The notes below the pieces were generated by a model. The model ran no database searches. It was not told the origin of the DNA and was given only the letters and a program-made list of their open reading frames with translations. A DNA stretch of 64,000 nucleotides from Fidelibacterota bacterium (GTDB lineage: Bacteria > Fidelibacterota > Marinisomatia > Marinisomatales > UBA1611): the NCBI GenBank assembly GCA_018658715.1, contig JABHUQ010000111.1:6280-70279 (forward strand), written 5' to 3'. Shown piece by piece: positions 38,653 to 48,821 of this stretch (positions within the stretch are counted from its first letter, which is position 1; each line of letters starts with the position of its first letter). The translations under genes were made by a program, and so were the position numbers.

Positions 38653-41574
38653 ATGATTTTAAATGCTATAATAAAAAAGGTTAGTTTATTCTTATTCATC
38701 GGGATTGCAATGACTATTATGAGCTGTGATGAAAGAATTGCTGTAGATGAAGATGCAAATTATACAATCACCATTACCCAAAAAGCATTCGTTGGGTCAA
38801 CTTATTCTTCTTTTTCGGATGAAAATGTTGTTGGTGAAGATGTTGTTGGTGAAGCTATTTCAACTTTGATTGAAGCAAAATTGACTGATGAAGATGGAAA
38901 GGCTATTAAAGATAAAACAATCTATTTCTCAAGCAGAAATAACTATGGTTCTACTGATATAGATGAAGGGAAAACAGGCGAAGATGGCACCATTACTGTT
39001 GTTTACACTGATGGGGCAGAGAGTGGTGCTGTTGACATAGCATCCACATCTACCTTCGAAGGTGTGACAGTTACAGCTAAGTATTCTGATAAAGTGACTG
39101 CAGATGCAACATTCAATGTATATAGCTCACAAGACGATGTTTGGCCTTATGGGATTAATATTAGCACGGATAAATCATCCTTATTGCTAGATGGAAGTTC
39201 TTCCAATGCAACTATATCTGTTACATTAGCCAATAAATTGGGAACAGTTGGTGGAAATATGACCATAGAATTTGCTTCAGATAAAGGCGGATATAATGCA
39301 GATGGAAGTAGCACAGCTTCTATTTCAACTAACGATGAAGGGAATGGCAGTATCTCTTTTGATGAAAACAATACACTTGAAGATTTAGGGTTAGCAACAT
39401 TGGTAGCAAGCTATACTCATGCAGGGTTTAGCGCTACCGTTTCTGATACAGTTTATATTTCTATTTCAGACATATATACTGTTCAAATGAATACATATTC
39501 CGGTGCATTTAATCAGAATGATGAGTTTGTATTAGTCGGAGAAGATATTGCTGGTGACTATGCTCAGACACTATTAGTCGCTTCAGTAATAGATACTGCT
39601 GATAATCCTGTCTCCGGTGTGGAATTAACGATGGCAACTAAAGTTTCAGGGAGCAATGTTGGGTCCATTACTTACCTTAATTCTGTGACCGATTCTGAAG
39701 GTTTAATTCGAGCCTATTTTGATGATGGTGGTAATAGTTATGCAGATACCCCTGGGACTCCAAGTTTTGAGGGAGTTGTTGCAAGTGCATCCTATGGCAA
39801 TAATGATGATGTGTCTGTTCAGTTTAATGTATATAACCAAGGAGATGTATGGCCATACTCTCTTATTATGACTTCTGATGTAGATGTGATATATATTGAT
39901 GGCGGAGAAACAAAAGCAAAAATAACGACGCGCCTATTAAACTCAATGGGGAACCCAGTAGAGAATGTATTGATTTCTTATGAATCAACACTAGGCTTTA
40001 TTCCTTCTGTTGGCAATGAAACAGATTCTACAGGTGTAGATTCTGTTGAGTTTACCGATTTAGGTGATCCTAATGAAGTAGGTGTATCAGAAGTAACAGG
40101 TAGTTTTATTCACCCAGGTTTTCAAGACGAGAATATTTCTAATTCTTTAGAAATATATATCGAAGATCAATCATTTCAAGCATGTGCATTTATTGAAATT
40201 CCACCATCAAATCCTGGACAAATTGTAGTCAGAGATGGGGGCGGAGTAGAATCCACAACTATAAAAGCTGAGATTTATGATGATGCAGGAAATTTAATAG
40301 ATACACCAACACCAGTTACTTTTCGATTGAACCCTGTTTTATCAGGCGCCTTTCTAGAAGATGCAGGTGAATCAGAAGTAACAATTTATACAGTCAATGG
40401 TGTAGCCACAGTATCCGTGAATAGTGGCACAGAACCAGGAGTTATTCGAATCGAAGTGGATGTTGATTGTGATGAAGATGGAATTGTAGACTTATCTGCG
40501 AGCAAATCACAGGCTATTATTGCTGCTGGTGCCCCTTACCATATTGAGCCAGAATATGATCCTCAATCTACTGAATCTATTGGTGGTGGTTTTTATCAGA
40601 CAGAAGTGGCATCTATTGTGTATGATAAATGGTATAATCCAGTAGAATGTAGTACGTATGTTTATTGGACTATTGATCCGACACCTCCAGATACTTTAAT
40701 TGATGCATTTGTTCAGGGAATAAGTTATACATGTAATGAAAATATGAATGGCGATACATATGATGGTGTTGCATACTCATCTATCACATATTCAACGGAT
40801 GCAATTGGAGATATTGGTTCAGTTTCTGCTACAACATTTGGGGCTAATGGAGATACTATTACTGCACAAATTAATGAAGGTGATGGTGATGCTGTTATGT
40901 TCTTTGTGCCTGGTGCACTCACTTTAATGGCAACCACACAATATTGGGACTTTACTCTCCCTATAGCAACTGATGAAGCTGAAATTACAATCACAGCAAT
41001 GCTCATTGATTATTATGGAAACCCTGTTGTAGATGCCCCTATAGCATTTTCAGGAATGGGTGTCTCTGAATGGAAAGAAGTTGGATATGAAAGTTACACG
41101 GATGGTAGTAATGATTTAGCCGCTGATGGATGTTTTACTTGGCGAGATTATGGTACAGATGACGATCCTGAAACGTTAGATATGGGAACCTTTAATGATT
41201 TGCATGATGCGTTTGATACTACAGGCAACGGCGAATGGGATGTTGCTGAAGTGTCCGAAATATTTGATGATTTTGGATTAGATGGTATAGATAATACATT
41301 TGATGAAGGTGAAGGTAATGGCGAATGGGATGGATACCCCATGATTGATTGTGAGCCGTTAGTTCTAACAGACAAAGATGGATTTGCTCGGATTACAGCT
41401 GTATTTCCAAAAGAATTATGTTTATGGCAAAGTACTGATGATGAATCAGGTTTATGTACTTTCGAAGATTTTACAGGTTCTATTTCAGCTAACTTGATGA
41501 TTCCACAGCAAACGGCAAGCGACCCTCTTGATATCCAATTGGTTCGATCACAAACAACTGTAGGGTGCCCATAA
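38653..41574 (+). CDS. Large acidic lipoprotein with invasin/intimin-like Ig repeats and Ca-binding motifs
   Basis: Lipobox IMSC; repeated A...D..GNPV..V...F / TD..G units; internal duplication FEGV...FNVY...DVWPY; C-terminal DDFGLDG...EGEGNGEWDG. Probable start ATG 38653. Confidence 0.75.
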   Translation: MILNAIIKKVSLFLFIGIAMTIMSCDERIAVDEDANYTITITQKAFVGSTYSSFSDENVVGEDVVGEAISTLIEAKLTDEDGKAIKDKTIYFSSRNNYGSTDIDEGKTGEDGTITVVYTDGAESGAVDIASTSTFEGVTVTAKYSDKVTADATFNVYSSQDDVWPYGINISTDKSSLLLDGSSSNATISVTLANKLGTVGGNMTIEFASDKGGYNADGSSTASISTNDEGNGSISFDENNTLEDLGLATLVASYTHAGFSATVSDTVYISISDIYTVQMNTYSGAFNQNDEFVLVGEDIAGDYAQTLLVASVIDTADNPVSGVELTMATKVSGSNVGSITYLNSVTDSEGLIRAYFDDGGNSYADTPGTPSFEGVVASASYGNNDDVSVQFNVYNQGDVWPYSLIMTSDVDVIYIDGGETKAKITTRLLNSMGNPVENVLISYESTLGFIPSVGNETDSTGVDSVEFTDLGDPNEVGVSEVTGSFIHPGFQDENISNSLEIYIEDQSFQACAFIEIPPSNPGQIVVRDGGGVESTTIKAEIYDDAGNLIDTPTPVTFRLNPVLSGAFLEDAGESEVTIYTVNGVATVSVNSGTEPGVIRIEVDVDCDEDGIVDLSASKSQAIIAAGAPYHIEPEYDPQSTESIGGGFYQTEVASIVYDKWYNPVECSTYVYWTIDPTPPDTLIDAFVQGISYTCNENMNGDTYDGVAYSSITYSTDAIGDIGSVSATTFGANGDTITAQINEGDGDAVMFFVPGALTLMATTQYWDFTLPIATDEAEITITAMLIDYYGNPVVDAPIAFSGMGVSEWKEVGYESYTDGSNDLAADGCFTWRDYGTDDDPETLDMGTFNDLHDAFDTTGNGEWDVAEVSEIFDDFGLDGIDNTFDEGEGNGEWDGYPMIDCEPLVLTDKDGFARITAVFPKELCLWQSTDDESGLCTFEDFTGSISANLMIPQQTASDPLDIQLVRSQTTVGCP
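38825..38854 (+). repeat. In-frame 15-bp tandem duplication
   Basis: ATGTTGTTGGTGAAG twice (NVVGEDVVGE). Confidence 0.85.
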
Positions 41575-41578
41575 GATT

Positions 41579-43300
41579 ATGACGACAAATTTCAATCCAC
41601 AATTCTCAAAAATAGGAGAAATATTAATTCATTTAGGTAAAGTGAATGAATCGCAAGTTAATGAAGCTTTAGCTCAACAAAAAGGGAGTCAGGAAAAAAT
41701 TGGACAAACGTTGATTGACTTAAATTTTATTGAAGAAGATGATTTCGCGTCTGCATTTGCACTTCAACTGGGTGCAAAAAAGGCTGATAATTTTCTATTA
41801 CTTGAAGCAGATGCTACGGTGGCTGCTTTAATTCCAGAAGATTTTGCTCGCACAAATCGAGTGTTAGCTGTTAGCCAGAATCAATCTATGATTGTTGTAG
41901 CTATGGAAGATCCAGAAGATTTAGTTACAATCGATTCTATCAAACGATTAACAAACTTAAATCCTGAACCATTAGTTGCAGGCTCATCGTTACTCGAAAA
42001 AGCGTTAGATAAAGTTTATGGTGATATTCAGAAAACTGCAGAAGTCAGCCAAACCATTGATGATATAAAAATCGTTTCTGGCGATGAAGGTTCTCAAGAA
42101 GTTGTGGATTTATCTCCAGATAATGCTTCGGAAGAAGATGCGCCTATTGTCAAATTGGTGAATTTGATTTTTAAGGAAGCCATTAAAGAGCGGGCAACGG
42201 ATATTCACGTGGAGCCACAAGAAAAAAAGGTAATTATTCGAATTCGGATTGATGGCGTATTGCAAACTATTATGACTCCACCATCAACGTCACTGAGTGG
42301 ATTAGTAACAAGGATTAAAATTTTATCAAAATTGAATATTGCTGAAAAGAGATTACCACAAGATGGGCGTTTCTCCATTAAATCAACAACAAAAGATATT
42401 GATGTTCGTGTTTCTATTTTGCCAACTGTTTATGGTGAAAAAATAGTTATGCGATTATTAGATAAAACTGGTTTTGACTTTAACCTTACATCTCTTGGAT
42501 TTCCTTCTGAAAACTTAAAAATCTTTAAGAAAATTATTAGTCAGCCATATGGAATGGTCGTTGTCTCTGGTCCAACTGGATCTGGTAAATCAACATCTTT
42601 ATATGCTGCATTAAAAGAGATTAAAAGTGATACAACCAACATAACAACAGTTGAAGATCCAGTTGAATATCAATTAGATGGTGTAAACCAAGTTCAAGTT
42701 TTTGAAGATATTGGATTAACGTTTGGTTCTACATTACGATCAATTCTTAGGCAGGATCCGGATGTATTACTCATTGGTGAAATTCGAGATGGAGAAACAG
42801 CGGATATTGCTGTAAAATTTTCACTCACAGGTCACCTTGTATTTTCAACCGTTCATGCTAATGATGCGGCTGGTACTATAACTCGATTACTCGATATTGG
42901 GATTCAACCCTTCTTAGTAGGATCGTGTTTAAATATGGTTATGGCGCAAAGATTGGTAAGGCGTATTTGTAGTAATTGTAAGGAAGAATACACTCCAACC
43001 GCGGAAGAGCTTGCGTTGTTAGATTTAGAAGCATCAAAAGTATCTGGACCTTTATATCATGGAAAAGGGTGTGCTGATTGTCGAAATACTGGATATCATG
43101 GACGAATTGCAATTTTCGAAATGATTCCTATGGGAAAAAATATTCGAAAGCTTGTTTTTGAAAATGCTAACGAAGATGAAATTAGGCAATGTGCTTTAGA
43201 TGCAGGAATGGTGACATTAAGAGATAGTGGTGTTCGTCGTGTTTTAGATGGGACAACAACCATTGAAGAGATATTACGCTCAACTGTAGAGGACTTTTAA
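41579..43300 (+). CDS. pilB: Type IV pilus assembly ATPase PilB
   Basis: MshEN-like N-terminus, ATDIHVEP, AEKRLPQDGR, GPTGSGKS, LRQDPD, CSNC/CADC tetracysteine. Confidence 0.94.
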   Translation: MTTNFNPQFSKIGEILIHLGKVNESQVNEALAQQKGSQEKIGQTLIDLNFIEEDDFASAFALQLGAKKADNFLLLEADATVAALIPEDFARTNRVLAVSQNQSMIVVAMEDPEDLVTIDSIKRLTNLNPEPLVAGSSLLEKALDKVYGDIQKTAEVSQTIDDIKIVSGDEGSQEVVDLSPDNASEEDAPIVKLVNLIFKEAIKERATDIHVEPQEKKVIIRIRIDGVLQTIMTPPSTSLSGLVTRIKILSKLNIAEKRLPQDGRFSIKSTTKDIDVRVSILPTVYGEKIVMRLLDKTGFDFNLTSLGFPSENLKIFKKIISQPYGMVVVSGPTGSGKSTSLYAALKEIKSDTTNITTVEDPVEYQLDGVNQVQVFEDIGLTFGSTLRSILRQDPDVLLIGEIRDGETADIAVKFSLTGHLVFSTVHANDAAGTITRLLDIGIQPFLVGSCLNMVMAQRLVRRICSNCKEEYTPTAEELALLDLEASKVSGPLYHGKGCADCRNTGYHGRIAIFEMIPMGKNIRKLVFENANEDEIRQCALDAGMVTLRDSGVRRVLDGTTTIEEILRSTVEDF

Positions 43301-44547
43301 TGGCCATTTTTCAATATCTAACAAAGGATGGTGATGGTAACCGAAAAGAAGGTGAAATCCATGCCGACTCCTTAGATATTGCTGCTCAAAAATTATCAAG
43401 CGGTGGCATGATTGTTGTCAATTTAAAAGAAGTGGATACAACATGGGATTTCCTTGGCCCTTTCTTAGATGAAGTTTCATTATCTATTGAGCGGTTCAAA
43501 AATCGTATTCCATTGAGTAATATTGTTTTTTTTACACGACAATTGTCAACAATGTTTTCTGCCGGCTTAACTATTGAACGGGCTATTCAAGGACTTGCAC
43601 TTGAAGAAAAACATAAAAAATTCAAAAAAGTATTGACAAATGTTGGTGGAAATATTCGCAAAGGGCTTAATCTTTCAGAATCATTGGAAAAACATCCAGG
43701 TGTATTCTCAAATTTATTTGTGGCTTTAACTAAGGCAGGTGAAGTCAGTGGTAACTTGAATGATATTTTAGATCAATTAGCCACTTATTTAGAAAATCTC
43801 GACGATACAAGAAGAAAAGTTCGTTCTGCCATGAATTATCCTATTTTTATGGTTATTTTTCTTGCAAGCATGATTGGCGCAATGTTTGTATTCATAATCC
43901 CTAAATTTTCTGAAGTTTATGAACAATTGGGTGCTGGTTTACCGGGAGCGACGAGAGCGCTTGTAAATTTAAGTGATTGGATCAGTGTCCATTTTTACGG
44001 TATGTCTATGATTTTGATCATGATTATTATAGGATTGTGGCTAGTATCAAAAACAAAAAAAGGAGGCTATGTATTTGATTCAATATTTTTAAAACTTCCC
44101 GTTTTTGGTCCATTAATTGATCAATCTATTTTGAACAAATTTTGCAAAACATTTGGCATTTTATTGGGAGCGGGGGTTCCAGTATTAGATACAATGGCTT
44201 TATTAAAGAAGGTAGTAAATAATAGAGTGTATGAGAAAGCCATTGAAGATTCTGCTAATTATATTCGAGATGGGTACAATATTTCAACAGCCTTAAGAAG
44301 AACAGAAGTGTTCCCATCAATTTTACTTCAATTATCTTCAACAGGAGAAGAAACAGGTGAATTAGACTCTCTTCTTGATAGAGCCGCAGATTATTATTAT
44401 AAACAAGTGAATGCACTTGTGGACAGAATGACATCATTAATTGAACCAATTCTAATCTTGGCCGTTGGTGCTGTCATTGCATTAATGGTTGTTATTACAT
44501 ATTTGCCTGTATTCTATTTGGGCTCAGCATTGCAAACAGGATTATAA
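43300..44547 (+). CDS. pilC: Type IV pilus platform protein PilC (T2SS F family)
   Basis: FTRQLSTMFSAG, AGEVSGNL, SAMNYP, GEETGELD, LIEP, YLPVF. Confidence 0.94.
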   Translation: MAIFQYLTKDGDGNRKEGEIHADSLDIAAQKLSSGGMIVVNLKEVDTTWDFLGPFLDEVSLSIERFKNRIPLSNIVFFTRQLSTMFSAGLTIERAIQGLALEEKHKKFKKVLTNVGGNIRKGLNLSESLEKHPGVFSNLFVALTKAGEVSGNLNDILDQLATYLENLDDTRRKVRSAMNYPIFMVIFLASMIGAMFVFIIPKFSEVYEQLGAGLPGATRALVNLSDWISVHFYGMSMILIMIIIGLWLVSKTKKGGYVFDSIFLKLPVFGPLIDQSILNKFCKTFGILLGAGVPVLDTMALLKKVVNNRVYEKAIEDSANYIRDGYNISTALRRTEVFPSILLQLSSTGEETGELDSLLDRAADYYYKQVNALVDRMTSLIEPILILAVGAVIALMVVITYLPVFYLGSALQTGL

Positions 44548-45197
44548 TGGAAAATATTTTCATATTCATTCCTGTAATACTTGGTGTAATGGCTGCAAAT
44601 ACAATGAAATATTTATTTGCCTTTTTTGATGTAGCTGAACCGAAAGCTATATCACATATTCCAATTTATGAATTATCGTTAGGGCTTTTATGGGCTTGGG
44701 CATTTGTTGAACTTCCAATGATTGAAGCATTTATTTTCTCATTGATTACACTGTTAATAACCGCAATTGGATGGATTGATTTAAAATCATTCAAAATTCC
44801 ATTTCTATTAATTATAACTTCAAGTTTAATTTTAATTGGATCAATCTTTTTAGACCAAATCCAAGCTACACCAGCATTTTTGGGTTTAAGTATTGGAGGA
44901 ATAATCCCTTGGGCTATTATGGTAACTACGTCCATATTTACTAAAAGAAAAGGCATGGGAACTGGAGATTTTCAACTAGGAATTATTCTTGGAATATGGC
45001 TTGGTCCTGTTCGAATGGCACTTACATTATTTATGGCAAGTTTTTTCAGTCTATTAATGTGGGCCTATATATCAATGTCCTTGGGTATTGATAAAGATCG
45101 TGCTTTGCCATTTGCCCCTTTTCTAGTTTTCGCAGCCATAGATATTTATATAGCAAGTTATTATTATCCAAAATTTTTCCATCATTTAATGATTTAA
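44547..45197 (+). CDS. pilD: A24 prepilin peptidase lacking the N-terminal Cys-rich domain
   Basis: Catalytic WIDL...IP and GMGTGD, plus LPFAPFL; 216 aa; no CxxC pairs. Confidence 0.85.
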   Translation: MENIFIFIPVILGVMAANTMKYLFAFFDVAEPKAISHIPIYELSLGLLWAWAFVELPMIEAFIFSLITLLITAIGWIDLKSFKIPFLLIITSSLILIGSIFLDQIQATPAFLGLSIGGIIPWAIMVTTSIFTKRKGMGTGDFQLGIILGIWLGPVRMALTLFMASFFSLLMWAYISMSLGIDKDRALPFAPFLVFAAIDIYIASYYYPKFFHHLMI

Positions 45198-45210
45198 TAG
45201 AGAGGACTTA

Positions 45211-48200
45211 ATGAAACACATATTATTAATAATTAGCATCTTTTTTGTCGCTATTAGTTCAGCTACAGATATACCAACTTCAAAAATTGATGATGGCTTT
45301 TCCTTTTTAGGGATTCAAAATGGAAAGCAAACAATTGGATTTGAAAATATTAATTATTCTCTAAAAACAATTGAACATTCCGGCACAGTATATCAAAAAC
45401 CAGAATTATTATCTGCTGGATCTGTTGTGGATGAAGGTGAACCATATTTACCTTCAGTAACAACCTATTATGCTGTCGAACCTGGAAAAACTTTTGAAGC
45501 CCAGATTGAAATATTAGAATCTGAGATCATTGAAAATGTTAATGTTATTCCATTCCATGGCTGGGAAAAAGATTCATTTGACCCAGAAATACCGTTAGCT
45601 CGAAATTCATCACTTTATTCTGACAATCAACTTTTCCCAAACAATATTGTGCAAGTTTCAGAACCGATCGTCATGAGAGAATTAACGATGGTAAAGGTGA
45701 CTATAACTCCATTTCAATACAATCCAGTTACACAAGAATTAAAAGTCATCCAAGAAGCAAATATTACAATGGATTCAGAAGGAACAACGGATGCTGGTTT
45801 TCGTCCGTTAACACGTTCTCGTGCTTTTGAACCACTTTATAAATCAATGGTTGTGAATTATGAAGATTATAGCCGTGATGATGTGCCCTATCAACGTCCG
45901 TCTATATTATATGTTATTCCATCCAATATTGGAAGTTTAATGTCTACTATAGAACTATTGATGGACTGGAAACATCGATTAGGCTATGAAGTGAATTATG
46001 TATCAAGTACAAGTGTTGTAAATAATTCTACTAATTTAAAAAACTACATTGAAGACGCCTATGAAACGTGGGACAATCCACCTGAATTTGTAACGTTCTT
46101 TGGGGATGCTAGTGGTACATATGATATTCCAACTTATTACGAAAATTGGAGTGGATATAATGGAGAGGGGGATCATCCCTATTCACAACTAGAAGGATCA
46201 GATATATTCCCTGAAGTATTCTTGGGAAGAATGTCTTTTTCAACCCAATCACATTTAAATACAATAGTTGGTAAAATATTAAATTATGAAGCATCCCCTT
46301 ATATGGGAGAAGATTGGTTTACAAGAGCCTGTTTAGTCGGGGATCCTTCAACTTCTGGAATTTCTTGTGTCATAACGAATGAAAATATTAACTCAATATT
46401 AGATATTAATGGCTACACAGATGTAAATACAATTTATAGTGGATCCTTTCCATCACAAATGGTTAGTGGCATCAATGAAGGTGTTTCCTTCTTCAATTAT
46501 CGGGGATATTATGGTGTAAGTGGATTCACAAGTTCAAATGTGAATAGTACATCAAACGGATTTATGCTCCCTGTAGCGACAGTAATAACATGTGGGACGG
46601 GTTCTTTTGGTGGCGATTCTATTGCTGAATCATTTTTGCGTGCAGGAACTGCTACAAATCCTAAAGGAGCAGTAGCTAGTATTGGAACGGCTACTACTGG
46701 AACACACACCATGTTTAATAATATAGTTAACATGGGCTTTTATTATGGGACATTTATTGATGATATTGAAACAGCTGGGGCAGCTTTAATGCAAGGTAAA
46801 CTTTATTTAGCAAAAGGTTATCCATCTAATCCAAATAATTATGTGTCTATTTTTACACATTGGAACAGTTTAATGGGAGATGCTTCACTCCAAATGTGGA
46901 CTGAATTTCCAAGTACATTTAATGTGGAATATGAAAGTTGGGTTATGTCCGGGACAAATTATATGGACATTCATGTAGCTTCAGGACCTGTTTCTGTAAG
47001 TGATGCATGGGTTACCATATTAAGAGATGGTGATATTTTTGAATCAGGTTATACTGACCAATCTGGAAATGTAACGCTCGATATACCTTCATCTGATGAT
47101 GGTGAAGTTTTAATTACAGTGTCGAAGAAAAACCACGTACCATACCAAGGATCTTTCCAAATTTATGACCCAGGTGTGAGTGTATACATTGTAGAAGATT
47201 ATGTAACCTATAATGATGACAATGTTGGTCAATCTTCTGGGAATAATGACGGATTAATAAATGGGGGCGAAACGATTGAACTTTATATTCCTTTTAAGAA
47301 TTATGGTACCGAAGATGGAACAGAATTAAGTATATCACTTTCGACTGATAATTCTCATGTTGTTATCATGAATTCTGATTTATTGATTGGAGATTTAGAC
47401 GCACAGCAAATGGTAATTCCAGAAACACCATTTGTTCTATCCATAGAGAGTGGTGTTCCTGAAGGCATGAATATTCCAATTATAGTGAATATTTCAGATA
47501 ATAGTGGTGGTGCTTGGCAGGGAATGGTGAATCTTGAAACGCGTGGAAATAATATAACAGCTCATATTATTAATGTTCTAGGAAATAATGATAATGTATT
47601 AGAATCTGGGCAATCATCTCAAATTGAAATAATATTAGCTAACAATGGGTCAACAAATGCTACATCATTAACAGGAACAATGATAAGTCCTTCACCAATG
47701 ATAGATATTGTAGATAATGAAGGTTCTTGGCCTTTGATTGGAGCAGGATCCGTTGGATCAAATTCATCCAATACATTTGAAATAGCCGTTTTAGAAGGAA
47801 CAATCCCAGGGACCATCGTCCATTTAATTATAAACCTAGAATCTAGCGATGGGTACGAAACAAATATTGTTGTTCCAGTTCAAATTGGAATGCCAACTGT
47901 ATTCGATCCTTTAGGCCCAGATGATTATGGTTATTACATTTATGATAGTGGTGATGCTTTATATAATCTGGCACCTTATTATTCTTGGGTGGAGATAGAT
48001 GATCGTCAAGGTGGGCCTGGCTTTCATCTTAACTCATTAACAGATTCAGGCAACAATGGTGATGATGTTGAAACGGTTACTCTTCCATTTTCTTTTAAAT
48101 TTTATGGACTATCTTATGATGAAATAAGTATTTGTAGTAATGGTTGGATTGCAATGGGTGAATCAACATTAGAATCTTTTCGGAATTATGAATTGCCAGG

Positions 48201-48801
48201 TCCTGCAGGACCATCTCCTATGATAGCAGGATTTTGGGATGATTTACAATTGACGAATGGCGGTCGAGTTTATACGTATTATGATCAAGCAAATCATCAA
48301 TATATTGTTCAATGGTCCCAAGTAAGAACATATCAAAATAATTCTACGAATACATTTCAAATTATTTTGAGAGATCCTGCATATTATTTTGGTCCCACTG
48401 GGGATGGGGAAATATTAATTCAATACAAAGAATTTAATAATACATCCTATGGTAGCTATGGCTGGGGACAAACACATGGTAATTATGCAACAGTTGGAAT
48501 TGAGGATCATACAATGACGGTAGGATTAACCTATACATGGAATGATACTTATCCTACAGCATCCATGGAATTGGGTGATGAAACAGCCATTCTTATTACC
48601 ACGCGTGGAAGTGAAGTTCGCATGTTTGGAGATTTGAATATGGATGAAGTCATTAATCTTTTTGACATTCTTGGTCTGGTAGATTATATCTTAGGCAGTG
48701 GCGCACCAATAAATCCATATCTTGGCGATATTAATCAAGATGGTATGATAAATGTATTAGATATGCTTGGCCTAGTTCAAATTGTAATGGGGTGGCGATA
48801 A
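45211..48801 (+). CDS. C25 gingipain-like protein with propeptide, Ig-like and NIDO-like domains and a C-terminal dockerin
   Basis: GEPYLP propeptide, PFQYNPV, WK..LGY, GDHPYS.LEG.D.FPE..LGRM, NYRGYY, ITCGTG, GAVA.IG, LMGD; C-terminal GDLNMDEVINLFD / GDINQDGMINVLD. Confidence 0.88.
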   Translation: MKHILLIISIFFVAISSATDIPTSKIDDGFSFLGIQNGKQTIGFENINYSLKTIEHSGTVYQKPELLSAGSVVDEGEPYLPSVTTYYAVEPGKTFEAQIEILESEIIENVNVIPFHGWEKDSFDPEIPLARNSSLYSDNQLFPNNIVQVSEPIVMRELTMVKVTITPFQYNPVTQELKVIQEANITMDSEGTTDAGFRPLTRSRAFEPLYKSMVVNYEDYSRDDVPYQRPSILYVIPSNIGSLMSTIELLMDWKHRLGYEVNYVSSTSVVNNSTNLKNYIEDAYETWDNPPEFVTFFGDASGTYDIPTYYENWSGYNGEGDHPYSQLEGSDIFPEVFLGRMSFSTQSHLNTIVGKILNYEASPYMGEDWFTRACLVGDPSTSGISCVITNENINSILDINGYTDVNTIYSGSFPSQMVSGINEGVSFFNYRGYYGVSGFTSSNVNSTSNGFMLPVATVITCGTGSFGGDSIAESFLRAGTATNPKGAVASIGTATTGTHTMFNNIVNMGFYYGTFIDDIETAGAALMQGKLYLAKGYPSNPNNYVSIFTHWNSLMGDASLQMWTEFPSTFNVEYESWVMSGTNYMDIHVASGPVSVSDAWVTILRDGDIFESGYTDQSGNVTLDIPSSDDGEVLITVSKKNHVPYQGSFQIYDPGVSVYIVEDYVTYNDDNVGQSSGNNDGLINGGETIELYIPFKNYGTEDGTELSISLSTDNSHVVIMNSDLLIGDLDAQQMVIPETPFVLSIESGVPEGMNIPIIVNISDNSGGAWQGMVNLETRGNNITAHIINVLGNNDNVLESGQSSQIEIILANNGSTNATSLTGTMISPSPMIDIVDNEGSWPLIGAGSVGSNSSNTFEIAVLEGTIPGTIVHLIINLESSDGYETNIVVPVQIGMPTVFDPLGPDDYGYYIYDSGDALYNLAPYYSWVEIDDRQGGPGFHLNSLTDSGNNGDDVETVTLPFSFKFYGLSYDEISICSNGWIAMGESTLESFRNYELPGPAGPSPMIAGFWDDLQLTNGGRVYTYYDQANHQYIVQWSQVRTYQNNSTNTFQIILRDPAYYFGPTGDGEILIQYKEFNNTSYGSYGWGQTHGNYATVGIEDHTMTVGLTYTWNDTYPTASMELGDETAILITTRGSEVRMFGDLNMDEVINLFDILGLVDYILGSGAPINPYLGDINQDGMINVLDMLGLVQIVMGWR

Positions 48802-48821
48802 TAAAGTAATCTAGGAACATT

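Noticed and set aside
38825-38854. 15-bp tandem repeat as a phase-variation switch
   Set aside because: In frame and only two copies; it would change a loop length, not switch expression.
29276-45197. Calling the locus a type II secretion system
   Set aside because: PilT with AIRNLIRE, a PilM/N/O set and a PilA-type pilin indicate type IVa pili. A secondary secretion role remains possible.
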